64,000 nucleotides of DNA from Chloroflexota bacterium (GTDB lineage Bacteria > Chloroflexota > Anaerolineae > UBA2200 > JACIWT01): NCBI GenBank assembly GCA_014360825.1, contig JACIWT010000012.1:72-64071 (forward strand), read 5' to 3'. Shown here piece by piece: positions 39,618 to 49,669 of this stretch. The position numbers were made by a program, and so were the translations under genes. How positions within the stretch are numbered: the stretch's first letter is position 1; each line of letters begins with the position of its first letter. The notes below the pieces were generated by a model. The model had not been told where the DNA came from and made no database searches. It saw only the letters and a list, made by a program, of their open reading frames with translations.

Positions 39618-40072
39618 AAAAAGTGCGCTACCACGGCCTGGCGAAGCAGGACAATGTGCCCCGCCCACCGTGCGGGCAGCGCAACTATACAGAGAGATGA
39701 AAACGTGATAAATAACAACCTTATCATATCATAATAGGCTCTTGTAGTCAAATACACCAGGCGCTTGCACCAGATGCTCTCTGACACAGCGCTCGCCCGA
39801 CGACCCCTCTGACTTCAGCGGACACGCCCATCTATGTTTTTCTCTGCATGCCAGTAACCCATCAAAGCCATTGCCCTCGCTCCATACACTTGGGCTTTGA
39901 AATCTCCACAATTCCTCGGCCTCCAACTGGCCTTATCCCAATCGCTCTTGCTCCCGATTGGTCTGAGATCCACTCCAGGCCGTAGGTTCACTTCGACGAA
40001 ACGGCTATTTTGTGCTAAAATTTGCGCCCACAGAGGCGCGATGAATCTCTCCACGGACAGGAGGATAGGCCA

Positions 40073-40879
40073 ATGCCGCTATCATCAAAGACCCAGACTC
40101 GGGCAACCTCTCATAGTCATAAGGAGACCACTCCATCACCTCTGCGCTGGCTTTGTTTGGCCGTCGTGTCTTTGGTCTCATTATTTACTGCCTGCAGCAA
40201 CATTACCCAACCAACGAACTTTGTCAACCCCGCGGCGACTAAATTTATCGAAGGTGCCACTCCAACTTGGGCCCCGCTCCTCCTAACACCTCCGCCTACC
40301 AAAATGCCTTCCCCAACTTATCCACCCAATGCGGTCCCCCTAACGCCCACCTTCGGACTGCCGGCACCCCAGCCAACCTGTGAGGCTACGCCCCAATGGG
40401 GGCTAGGGGATGTCTGGGCCAACGAGCCCGTGCGCACGCGCCTGGGCTGCCCGACCGGAGAGCAGATGGGGGAACAGGGAGCACAGATCAACTTCGAGCA
40501 CGGTCTGATGCTCTGGCGACCGGATAAAGGGTTGATTTACGTGCTCTATTATGACCATCAACTAGGCCGGAGATGGGAGGCGTGGGCCGATACATATTTA
40601 CCGGGTGACCCCGATATGGACCCCTCCATTACTCCACCCACGCCCGAAGCCGGACGCTACCTCTACCAGCCGACCGGCCGCTTTGGCAAACTCTGGCGCA
40701 GCCAGCCAAACCTGCGCGAGAGATTGGGCTGGGCTGTGAAAGAGAGCGGCCAGGAAAGTGATAGCCTTATCAAAACCTTCTCTGGCGCTCTGCAAGATTT
40801 CGCTGGCGGGCTCATATACTGGAACGGTGCGGTTTCTTTCGTTCTGCGCACGGATGATATGACATGGGACCTGTACTGA
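40073..40879 (+). CDS. Secreted/lipoprotein-like hypothetical protein
   Basis: Signal peptide ending LFTAC, then a Pro-rich linker and a globular domain. ATG with a GGAGG RBS (track ORF begins at a TTG at 40022). Confidence 0.6.
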   Translation: MPLSSKTQTRATSHSHKETTPSPLRWLCLAVVSLVSLFTACSNITQPTNFVNPAATKFIEGATPTWAPLLLTPPPTKMPSPTYPPNAVPLTPTFGLPAPQPTCEATPQWGLGDVWANEPVRTRLGCPTGEQMGEQGAQINFEHGLMLWRPDKGLIYVLYYDHQLGRRWEAWADTYLPGDPDMDPSITPPTPEAGRYLYQPTGRFGKLWRSQPNLRERLGWAVKESGQESDSLIKTFSGALQDFAGGLIYWNGAVSFVLRTDDMTWDLY

Positions 40880-43812
40880 CCCCTCCCTCCCAGCCTAGCA
40901 CATCCCATAAACTCCAGCGCTGGGCATTTCTTCCCTTGGGGTGTGCGCTGGGCCTTTACATGAGCAGAACCATAGTCGAGATGCAACCCACCTCGTTACC
41001 ATTCCCCACAGCCCTACTCGTCCTGTTGGCTTATAGTATCCCAAGCGTATTCGGCGTAGCGATCGCCCAACGGATTGGAGTGGAATGCGTGCCTCTTGCA
41101 CTCCTCGCCGTATACGTGTTCTGGCCTCAGGTAGATCTAACGCTCTCCACAGTGATTGCGTTCGCATCTCTATGCGCCTGTGTTACCGCCACTCTACGTC
41201 ACCTTCCAGATTGGCTTCCTGATAGCCTCGTTGGAGTGGCCGCGTGTGCATTATACCTGCACACCTCGGCCCCGGGCATGCTCCCAGCCGATGCAGGTGA
41301 ATTCCAATTGGCTTCGGCGGTGCTGGGAATCGCCCATCCACCTGGCTACCCGCTCTACACCCTGCTCGGCAAATTAGCCACATTCTTGCCCGTCGGCAAT
41401 GCGGCCTACCGCGTAAACCTTCTCTCTGCCTTCATCGGCGCGCTAACACTGGTCATGGTCTGCCGAACTGTGCGTCGCGCCACTGGCGATAAGGAGGCAG
41501 GCATTGTGGCTGCTGCCAGTCTTGGGGTGGCCGCCACATTCTGGGCTCAGAGCACCACAGCCAACGTTCGCAGCCTGACCGCGCTCCTCACCGCGTTACC
41601 AGTATATTTCTTAATCTCCTATCTTCGAGAGCGCTCACCACGATATATCATTGGTTTCGCTGTCACTCTGAGCCTGGGGCTAACCCATCACGGCTCGCTT
41701 TCTCTGTTCATTCCGGTCTATATTGCTTACCTGTTTTTGGTCGATCGGGAGTTGTTGATCTCCCCTCAAAGGTGGGTCCAGCCTCTGTGTGCCTTTCTTC
41801 TACCTCTGACCGTGCTTCTGTATCTGCCACTACGTAGCCTGATGAACCCGCCCTTCGACCCTGCGCCCATTCGCTCTGTGGGAGATTTTCTGAACCATGT
41901 GCTAGCCCTGGGTTTCCGGGGTGATCTTTTCTACTTCCGAACCATCGAAGATCTGGCCCTCCGCATTGGCGTTCTGAAGAACATCTTAGCCCTGGAATTT
42001 AGCTGGGTACTGATGAGTGCAGCCATTCTGGGCATGGTCGTTACTTTGGTAAAACACCGTGATTTAGGCATCCTATTTCTCGGCATTTGGACTATCAATG
42101 CCCTCGCCGCTTTGACCTACCGTGCACCACAGACCGTTGAGTACCTGATACCTGGCTATGTGGCATTGGCTTGTCTCATTGGCCTAGCCGCGGCATATCT
42201 CCATGTGGCTACTCGCAACAAACTTTTTGCTGCGCTCGTTACCTCAATCTTGCTATTGGCTGCGTTCCTCAATTTCGCCAACAATTACCCAAGCTACCTT
42301 GCTCTGTCTCATGATACCTCGACGCGAGACTCCGCCAAGAACTGCTTGAGTAACGCGCCACCCAACGCTCAGATATTGGCCAATTGGCACTGGGTCACAC
42401 CGCTGTGGTACCTGCAATTGGTCGACGGGATGCGGCCCGACGTAACGGTGCGCTACGTCTATCCTGAAGGGGCAACGCCCATCGCCGAGACCTGGCAACA
42501 GCGCATTGTTGAAAGCGTGGCCATTGCACCGACCATCATCACCAACTACTACCCCAACTTCGTGGAACTGCCCTACCGCATTGAGCCATTTGACAACGCG
42601 TTTTACGTGCGAACCCTGCCGAGTTTCGATTTGCTTCCAGGGATAAGCCTGGTAGATGCAACTCTCGGTGGTGTTATCCAGATCCTGGGTTTCCGCCTGG
42701 ATCACCCGGCTGTCCTTCCTGGCGGTCGGCTGACTATCCATATCTATTGGCGGCCCCTGACAAAACTAAACCGCGACTACTCATTTTTCGTGCACTTGGT
42801 TGACCAGAATGGCATACCGTTCGGTCAAGGTGACGTAACGCATCTTGCAGCCCGGTACACCGTGGGCGAGATAATTGCGGATGAGTACACCATCTCCACT
42901 TTGACAACCACTATGCCAGGAGTCTATCGCCTTATTGCTGGCAGCTACATCACACTACCCGAAGGCGGGTGGCAACGCCTGACCACGAACACGGGCAGCG
43001 ATAACGTCTGGTTAGCAGATGTACAAGTGACACCCCAAACACAGCCCCCAGTGACGCTACACCCATTGCGTGTACCTTTCACGAGCGGCGTGCGGCTGGT
43101 GGGCGCCGATTACGATGATAGTATCCCCGGGCAGCGTCGTCTTTATCTACACTGGCAGACCACTACCGAATCCCCACCCGCGACGCGGGTGATGATTTAC
43201 GCTGGGGACGCGTTATATGATCAAACGGCACTACCAACGTCAGGCCCGCCCCACTACTTCACAACTGCCCATGACTTACCTGAGAATGCCGCGCAATTAA
43301 GCGTGGAACTACGAGGACCGACCGACAGACCACTCGCGGTGCTCGGGCCATGGAACATGCCTCGAGGTCAGCGGATAACCCTGCCCCTGCCCAAATCACG
43401 GAATCGCTATGTGCCCTTGGGTGGCGAGATGGTGTTGGTAGGCGCAGACTACGTGGAAAGCGCCCATCGGGACAAGGATTGCCGAGTAACACTTCGCTTT
43501 CGCAGCCTTGCCCCACTCACGCATGACTATGTAGTTGCGCCAAGTCTGACCGGGCCTTCGGATGCCTGGCGAGCGGGAGACGACAGTGTGCCTGCCCTGG
43601 GAGGTATCCCGACCCTGAAGTGGCTGCGTGGCTGGGACGTAGAAGATGTGCACCGCATCCCTGTGCCAGGAAGTGCGACTACTGGCCAGGCCACTCTGTA
43701 TCTGACAGTGTACGATGCCTTTACATTGAAATCGTTAGCAGTACTGGATGAAAGATTGGCCCGGATAGGCCAGGGGACGATATTGGCATTAGGTAAGATC
43801 GAAGTTGAATGA
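40864..43812 (+). CDS. Large polytopic membrane protein, GT-C-type (DUF2723/TMEM260-like) putative glycosyltransferase with C-terminal beta domain
   Basis: More than 12 predicted TM helices. Motif AGEFQLASAVLGIAHPPGYPLYTLLGKL resembles the DUF2723 family. Long soluble C-terminus. Confidence 0.6.
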   Translation: MGPVLTPPSQPSTSHKLQRWAFLPLGCALGLYMSRTIVEMQPTSLPFPTALLVLLAYSIPSVFGVAIAQRIGVECVPLALLAVYVFWPQVDLTLSTVIAFASLCACVTATLRHLPDWLPDSLVGVAACALYLHTSAPGMLPADAGEFQLASAVLGIAHPPGYPLYTLLGKLATFLPVGNAAYRVNLLSAFIGALTLVMVCRTVRRATGDKEAGIVAAASLGVAATFWAQSTTANVRSLTALLTALPVYFLISYLRERSPRYIIGFAVTLSLGLTHHGSLSLFIPVYIAYLFLVDRELLISPQRWVQPLCAFLLPLTVLLYLPLRSLMNPPFDPAPIRSVGDFLNHVLALGFRGDLFYFRTIEDLALRIGVLKNILALEFSWVLMSAAILGMVVTLVKHRDLGILFLGIWTINALAALTYRAPQTVEYLIPGYVALACLIGLAAAYLHVATRNKLFAALVTSILLLAAFLNFANNYPSYLALSHDTSTRDSAKNCLSNAPPNAQILANWHWVTPLWYLQLVDGMRPDVTVRYVYPEGATPIAETWQQRIVESVAIAPTIITNYYPNFVELPYRIEPFDNAFYVRTLPSFDLLPGISLVDATLGGVIQILGFRLDHPAVLPGGRLTIHIYWRPLTKLNRDYSFFVHLVDQNGIPFGQGDVTHLAARYTVGEIIADEYTISTLTTTMPGVYRLIAGSYITLPEGGWQRLTTNTGSDNVWLADVQVTPQTQPPVTLHPLRVPFTSGVRLVGADYDDSIPGQRRLYLHWQTTTESPPATRVMIYAGDALYDQTALPTSGPPHYFTTAHDLPENAAQLSVELRGPTDRPLAVLGPWNMPRGQRITLPLPKSRNRYVPLGGEMVLVGADYVESAHRDKDCRVTLRFRSLAPLTHDYVVAPSLTGPSDAWRAGDDSVPALGGIPTLKWLRGWDVEDVHRIPVPGSATTGQATLYLTVYDAFTLKSLAVLDERLARIGQGTILALGKIEVE

Positions 43813-43816
43813 AGGG

Positions 43817-46477
43817 CTATGGCACAGCCTCAATGGTCACACCACCAACTCGGACCGAGCCGATCGCAGTCAGGGTAGCGGCGTCATAGAGGACGATCTC
43901 CAATTGATAATCATGGCCCAGCGATAGACCTGCCGGCAACGCCAAGAATACCCGATCCGTCACCAGTTCGCCGGGCCGCCACAGACTCGTGGGATAAAAG
44001 CCATAACGAGGTTGTTTGTCTTCAGCAACCAAGCGTTCGCCCTCAGGCGACAACAGTCGCACCGAATACTTGTAATTCTCGCCTACGGGAGTGATGGCTC
44101 CCCATTTCAGTGTGATCACTAACCCCTCAGGGGACATCTGTCTTGCGGTTACACCATACAGTGCAATGCGCTCACCGTACATCGCTATCGGTGGGCCTGC
44201 CCCGACTGCGGAGACCCAGCCATCCACGTAAACAGGATGAAGATACGTCGTGCCTAGTGTCTCCCCCGCCTCGTTCACGGGCTGTATCTCATTCTGACCG
44301 TCCCACACTCGGAGAGCCAACAAATATAGCCCGCGTACGGTCTCTTGTGGGACAGGCAGAACGTGGGTGGTCTCCTGACCAGTGATCACCTCCGAAGAGG
44401 AGGCCACCGCATCAGGAATGCCCAATAAGTGCTCGGCCGGTGTAACGAGGCGCACCTCGGCGATCAGGTCATCCTGTGTCCCACCGTCCCAGTGAAGCGT
44501 GAGAGAAAACGACTCGCCTGCCTGCGCCATTTTGGTTGAGAGATCGTATCCGCGCAAGCGGATGGCACTGCCAAAGCGTAGACCATCGGGGTTGTGGTGT
44601 AGATACGGTTGACGGTAGAAATCCCAGGTGAGATCCAGCAGAGTGTTCCCCTGTGTGCGTACGGTAGTCGTGCTTACCAAAGGGACGAGGACGAGCAAAC
44701 CAACCAGTCCGGTCAAACCGCGGATCAAAGTCCAGCGGTTTAGGACAAGGCTCCGGACGAGAAACAGCAACGTAACAATCAAGCAGAGCAACGTGCTACC
44801 CTCGGCGATGGTGCGGAGTGGTGTGCGTTCAAATCGCAGAACGACTTCGTGACTGCCGGCTGGGACTCCCAGGCTGATATAGCCAGAACTTGGCACCGGG
44901 CTGATTTCCGCGGGTTCTCCATCCAAGGTAGCCGTCCAGCCCGGAAAGTAGTGAGTGTAAAAGGCAATTGTCGCACCCTCCGCACCTGCAGCCACTCGCC
45001 AACGCTCAAGAGTGGGCGAAACCTCTGCTGGTTCTACAGCGTCCAGTGACCCCGCCAGGACCAGCGGAGTGGATTTAAGTCCCTGGTTCAGCAGCACTGC
45101 GGAGGTATAGGGCCGTGGATCCACCCATGTTGGCAAGTAGTCACGGCGGATGGTGGTACCAATGTTGGCGGTGAAATACTCGTACCAGGCCAGACGTTCA
45201 GGCGTTACATCGGCTTCGGTGATGAGCAAGCGCTCAGGACGCAATCCGATCAGACTCGCTAATACAAGCAGCAGCGCCAGTACGCAGGCTACCGATCCTG
45301 ATCGTGGCAACGTCCGCATGCCGGCAGCGATCAGGAGTGCAGCAAAACATGCCTGCACGGACAGAAATCGCCAGGGGAATTGCACCAATGGCAAAAGTGG
45401 GATGTTCTGCCAGAATGGCCGCGAGAGGGGTGTGATCATCCATGTGGACACAATACATGTGATTAGGCACAGCGTCTCGCGGCTATCCCGATGACGCGAC
45501 CGGAGCCAAGCCGCTGTCACGGCCAACCCACCGAACAAGGTAGCCAGCGCCTGCATTAGCCCCAGGACAAATGGTGTGTGCTCACCGTCAATCCGGTAGT
45601 CAAATAGCAGGCTCCCCTGCACCAGGTTAAGGCTGCGAAAATGTCCCTCATAGTGAAAGTACCCGGTGGTCATATCTTCCAAATGCACTATGCCCCGTTC
45701 AAGCAATGCTGGCAACCAGAACCAGGCACTTAGGCCCAAGCCCAGCACTGCACCTACCACCATAGCCGCGAGCACCCGGGCTCGGTTTTTGGGTGCACTC
45801 AAGATAAGGTACAATCCCCAAAGTATGGCAAAGGGTGAGAATATCAACGCGGAAATGTTGTGGCTCAGCACTAGCCCGGCATAGCTGAGCGCCAAACCGC
45901 CAACCGCCCCTGCAGAGGGCCTTTCCTGGCAACACAGGAGCGTGTAGAGGATCAGCGGATAAAAGACAAAGGCATAGAATTCAGAAAGGGAATCCCCGCG
46001 AACATAGACGTTCACCAAGTGAAAGGGCGCGTATGTGTAAGCGAGAGCGGCGAGGGCAGCCAAGATCTGATGGGTCCACAGCTGCCTTGCCAATATGTAC
46101 ATTGCCAGCGCTGCGCCGAGGAAGCCGACTGCCTGTGTTGCCTGGATAGCGGGAATATAGCCCCATCCGAACAACTTGAGCACCGCGGCCAGGTAATATG
46201 GGAGGGAGGCATAATAGTGGAAAAATGGATAGCCCAGGCCATACGCAGCCTGGGGCATCCAACGAGCGGGGATAATGCCCCGACTCAAGTTCTCTACCAG
46301 TTGTTGAGTTCGTACCAACAAGAAGGGACTATCACCCCCAGCCCGCGTGTTCACCATCCCCCCGCCGGTCACCAGGGGCAGAACGGCGAGGCTCGTCAAT
46401 AGCAGGGTAACCAAGAGCGGCCATTCGATGCGCCGCGTCCATCCCTGCGCAAAGGAGGCCGGGGAGATCGATCTCAT
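43817..46477 (-). CDS. YfhO-family / 6-pyruvoyl-tetrahydropterin-synthase-related membrane protein (putative GT-C glycosyltransferase)
   Basis: N-terminal multi-TM region (IIPARWMPQAAYGLGYPFFHYYASLPYYLAAVL). Start chosen at MRSISP (46477) to give an ATGA overlap with the upstream gene. Confidence 0.6.
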   Translation of the reverse strand: MRSISPASFAQGWTRRIEWPLLVTLLLTSLAVLPLVTGGGMVNTRAGGDSPFLLVRTQQLVENLSRGIIPARWMPQAAYGLGYPFFHYYASLPYYLAAVLKLFGWGYIPAIQATQAVGFLGAALAMYILARQLWTHQILAALAALAYTYAPFHLVNVYVRGDSLSEFYAFVFYPLILYTLLCCQERPSAGAVGGLALSYAGLVLSHNISALIFSPFAILWGLYLILSAPKNRARVLAAMVVGAVLGLGLSAWFWLPALLERGIVHLEDMTTGYFHYEGHFRSLNLVQGSLLFDYRIDGEHTPFVLGLMQALATLFGGLAVTAAWLRSRHRDSRETLCLITCIVSTWMITPLSRPFWQNIPLLPLVQFPWRFLSVQACFAALLIAAGMRTLPRSGSVACVLALLLVLASLIGLRPERLLITEADVTPERLAWYEYFTANIGTTIRRDYLPTWVDPRPYTSAVLLNQGLKSTPLVLAGSLDAVEPAEVSPTLERWRVAAGAEGATIAFYTHYFPGWTATLDGEPAEISPVPSSGYISLGVPAGSHEVVLRFERTPLRTIAEGSTLLCLIVTLLFLVRSLVLNRWTLIRGLTGLVGLLVLVPLVSTTTVRTQGNTLLDLTWDFYRQPYLHHNPDGLRFGSAIRLRGYDLSTKMAQAGESFSLTLHWDGGTQDDLIAEVRLVTPAEHLLGIPDAVASSSEVITGQETTHVLPVPQETVRGLYLLALRVWDGQNEIQPVNEAGETLGTTYLHPVYVDGWVSAVGAGPPIAMYGERIALYGVTARQMSPEGLVITLKWGAITPVGENYKYSVRLLSPEGERLVAEDKQPRYGFYPTSLWRPGELVTDRVFLALPAGLSLGHDYQLEIVLYDAATLTAIGSVRVGGVTIEAVP

Positions 46478-47715
46478 AGCCGCTTCTTGAGGTAATAGAA
46501 ACCGACTGGCAAACAAAAAGCGACCAGCGCTACCAACAGACCGCTCGAGTGATAGATCGCATTACCCGCCCTCGGCAAAAGCGGTTTCGGCGTAGGACGA
46601 GGGGTTGGTGTCGGCGTGTAAGCGGGTGTGCTGGTGGCTGTGGCGGTCGGAATCAAACGGGCACCAAACTCCACTTGGAAACGCGTGCCGCCCGACACGG
46701 CCACACCCCACCGGTCAGGGCTGGTGGATTCGTACCCATAAGGATTTTGTCGCGTGATGATGTAGTTGCCTGGAGGCAGGCCTTCCACGCAAATGGGTTG
46801 GGCTTGGGTTGTGCTTTTAAACGTACTCACTGCCACCCCATCCATATTCATCACGGTGATGAACACGCCGTGCAGGAATGTCTCCTCAGCGTCGCGCTTG
46901 CCATTCCCGTTGGCGTCTTCGAAGGTAACGAAGCAGATATCTGCCGTTATTGGCGTCGGGGAGGCAGTGGGCGTTGGGGAGAGAGTGGGCGTCGCAGTGG
47001 CCTGTGGTGTGTTGGTAGGTTTGGGCGTTGTCGGCTTTGGCGTGGGTTTGATGACCGAAAGACAGGCTTCATCCCAATAGGAGTCATTGAAGTGGGAGCG
47101 GAACTCCGGATTGCCGCGAGTGAAGACGGTGATAGTGCTCGCCTTAGCCACCGCGCTAACACTGAGTTGCATCCATGTGTTATACTCCATACGTGGTTCA
47201 GACCAGATAATATTGGGTGATTGCCAGTCTGTACCACCGGTGGGGTCAATGCCAACCCAGACTCGATAGTTGCCTGGCCTCACTGCATTGTCTGGGTTTG
47301 GATCTTCACTGCTCCAGACCTGTACCCAGATGGAGAAGGTCAATTGGCTGTTCACAGGCACAGCGACTTGTTGCCACAAACCCGCGTTATGGGTGGAGTA
47401 GGTCGTGAACATTTTCTGCGCGAAATTGCCGTGATGGATGCGGCGCGTGCCATGTTTGCTGGCGTCTTCTGGCTTGTACTCAGGCCGGCGGTTGTACCCA
47501 TCCGCCTGGAAAGGACCATCTTGATACCATAGGTTCCAGCCATTGGCGATTGTAAGTTCGCCTGCCCCTCGGTCGCTGAACCCATCCTCGAAACTTGGGT
47601 TGACTAATGCGTTGTTAATGCAACCACCTTGAGGACTTGGACTGGCATAGACGCGAAGTGGCATCATCACTAGAAAAGCGATGGCTAATATACGAAGTAT
47701 TTTCATGCTCTGCAT
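46474..47715 (-). CDS. Secreted protein with CBM-like N-domain, Pro/Thr-rich linkers and C-terminal TM anchor
   Basis: Signal peptide. NPSFEDG...W fold looks like a carbohydrate-binding module. PT-rich linkers and a C-terminal hydrophobic anchor (LLVALVAFCLPVGFYYL). Confidence 0.55.
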   Translation of the reverse strand: MQSMKILRILAIAFLVMMPLRVYASPSPQGGCINNALVNPSFEDGFSDRGAGELTIANGWNLWYQDGPFQADGYNRRPEYKPEDASKHGTRRIHHGNFAQKMFTTYSTHNAGLWQQVAVPVNSQLTFSIWVQVWSSEDPNPDNAVRPGNYRVWVGIDPTGGTDWQSPNIIWSEPRMEYNTWMQLSVSAVAKASTITVFTRGNPEFRSHFNDSYWDEACLSVIKPTPKPTTPKPTNTPQATATPTLSPTPTASPTPITADICFVTFEDANGNGKRDAEETFLHGVFITVMNMDGVAVSTFKSTTQAQPICVEGLPPGNYIITRQNPYGYESTSPDRWGVAVSGGTRFQVEFGARLIPTATATSTPAYTPTPTPRPTPKPLLPRAGNAIYHSSGLLVALVAFCLPVGFYYLKKRL

Positions 47716-47724
47716 CAGAGATGT

Positions 47725-49620
47725 TTGACCTCCTTTTTTCCGACTTACAAGGGCCTAAAGGATCTAATGTCTGCCAAATTTGCTAAGTTCAATAAAACGA
47801 ACGCCACTCTAGTCCTTAGCCTGTTTTTGGCCGCTGCCTTGCGATTGATGCATCTGGCTGCCACGCCCCTAAGTTGGGATGAGGGTTGGAGCATCGGCCT
47901 GAGCACTTTGGGGCTCAGTGAGATCAATCGCATCACCGCGCTCGACGTACACCCCCCATTATACTACGATCTGCTCAAAACATGGATGGTCTTCGGCAAG
48001 TCCGAGTTCATGGTACGCTTCCTGTCGGTTGCAGCAGGTCTGTTGGCTGTGCCACTGGTGTATGTGGTAGGTCTGCGGTGGGCTAATGAGCGCGTCGGCC
48101 TGTTAGCCGCTCTGTCTGCAGCCGCCAGTCCGTTCCTGATTTACTACTCGCAAGTGGCACGTATGTATGCCCTTTGTACCGCGCTGGTGTTACTGGCAAC
48201 GTATTCCCTGCTGCGAGCGGCAAAAGAAGAGCACCTCACTTACTATGTGGTTTTCACCCTCTCCGCCACAGCGGCCCTATACACTTTTTATTATGCCCTA
48301 TTCCCCCTTATCTGTGTAATTGCCTACGCTTTGTGGCAATACCGCCCTCGGTGGCGACGGATTTTTGCCTCTTGTTTGGCTCTCGGGATACTCTATGCCC
48401 CGTGGGTCTTTTATGCTCTGCCACCTATGCTCAACAGGATAGGGACACGGACTGGCTTTGAATTTGCCGTTGCTGATCTGGTGCGTTTCGCTGCTGACGG
48501 TTTCTTCGGCCTCGTCTTTGCCTATGGTGCGGGATGGTGGCCAGTGTATCTCGTGCTCATCTTGTTCGCCGCGGGTTTGACCGTAACGCTGATAGAACGC
48601 CGCAACGCCAAGCCGATCGCCATGCCCTTGGCAGCGATCGTTCTCACGTTAGCGAGCGTCTCCGTGGGTGCGAAAGCCCACATGTTTGCCGCTCGCTATG
48701 CCATTGTGGCCAGCCCGTTTCTGGCGCTGGCGTTGGCCTGGGCATGGGACGCGCTCGGCCGACGCTCAGAGTTGGCCATGGCTGTTGGCATTCTATTATG
48801 GATCATTTCCATCACACCCAGTATCAGTGGTTACGTATATCAAAAAAGTTACGAGACCTCTGGCGCGTTTGATCCGGCCAGCGACCAGCGTTATTTATCC
48901 CGCATCACTACCCCCGATGATATCGTTTTCTTCAATGTCCTGAGCCTGGCTGGTGCTTACGAACGTTATCGCCAAGCGGATGATCCAGCCTGGTCTTATC
49001 TCCTGCGTTGGGATCCCGTGGTCGAGCCGTTGGAACCGGCAATACAAAATCGGCTCCTGCCTGCGACCCGAGAACACCAGCGGCTATGGTTTGTGCTGTA
49101 CAAAGGCGGCTTCGGTCCAAATGGGCCTCTGCTGGACTGGCTGACTTTCAACCTCTATCCTGCTGTCGGTCAGTGGCGAGAGGATACTTTCTACCAGCTC
49201 TACCTGGTCCCCCAAGGCTCGCCTCGAAAAGTCGAACTGAACGCCCAGTTTGAGAAAAACATTATACTGGACAGCGCTGAATTTCCTACCCAGGCTTATG
49301 GGGGTCTTACCGTACGCCTAATCTGGCACGCAATACAGATCCCGATCGGTGATGTCAAGGTATTCGTACACCTCTATGACGCCGACGGCCACTTGGTGGC
49401 CCAGCATGATGCCTTTCCGGCAAATGACCTACGCCCGCCCTCTACCTGGCAGGTAGGTGAAACCATTGTGGATAACCATGGCCTGGTACTACCCCCCATA
49501 GCCAGTGGGAAATTCAGTTTAGTTGTAGGTCTCTACGAACCGAGATCCGGCGATCGTCTGCACTTGCCAGATGGCAGCGATCACCTCTTGCTCGGCGAGG
49601 TTGAAATATCGCCTGAGTAA
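47725..49620 (+). CDS. GT39/ArnT-PMT-family membrane glycosyltransferase (GT-C) with C-terminal beta domain
   Basis: WDEGWS...HPPLYY motif and 10 or more TM helices. C-terminal soluble domain. Alternative start at 47767. Confidence 0.65.
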   Translation: MTSFFPTYKGLKDLMSAKFAKFNKTNATLVLSLFLAAALRLMHLAATPLSWDEGWSIGLSTLGLSEINRITALDVHPPLYYDLLKTWMVFGKSEFMVRFLSVAAGLLAVPLVYVVGLRWANERVGLLAALSAAASPFLIYYSQVARMYALCTALVLLATYSLLRAAKEEHLTYYVVFTLSATAALYTFYYALFPLICVIAYALWQYRPRWRRIFASCLALGILYAPWVFYALPPMLNRIGTRTGFEFAVADLVRFAADGFFGLVFAYGAGWWPVYLVLILFAAGLTVTLIERRNAKPIAMPLAAIVLTLASVSVGAKAHMFAARYAIVASPFLALALAWAWDALGRRSELAMAVGILLWIISITPSISGYVYQKSYETSGAFDPASDQRYLSRITTPDDIVFFNVLSLAGAYERYRQADDPAWSYLLRWDPVVEPLEPAIQNRLLPATREHQRLWFVLYKGGFGPNGPLLDWLTFNLYPAVGQWREDTFYQLYLVPQGSPRKVELNAQFEKNIILDSAEFPTQAYGGLTVRLIWHAIQIPIGDVKVFVHLYDADGHLVAQHDAFPANDLRPPSTWQVGETIVDNHGLVLPPIASGKFSLVVGLYEPRSGDRLHLPDGSDHLLLGEVEISPE

Positions 49621-49669
49621 AGGCGTGTCCGAGCGGCCGCATACAGGTTGGCTGTGAGATCTCGACCAA

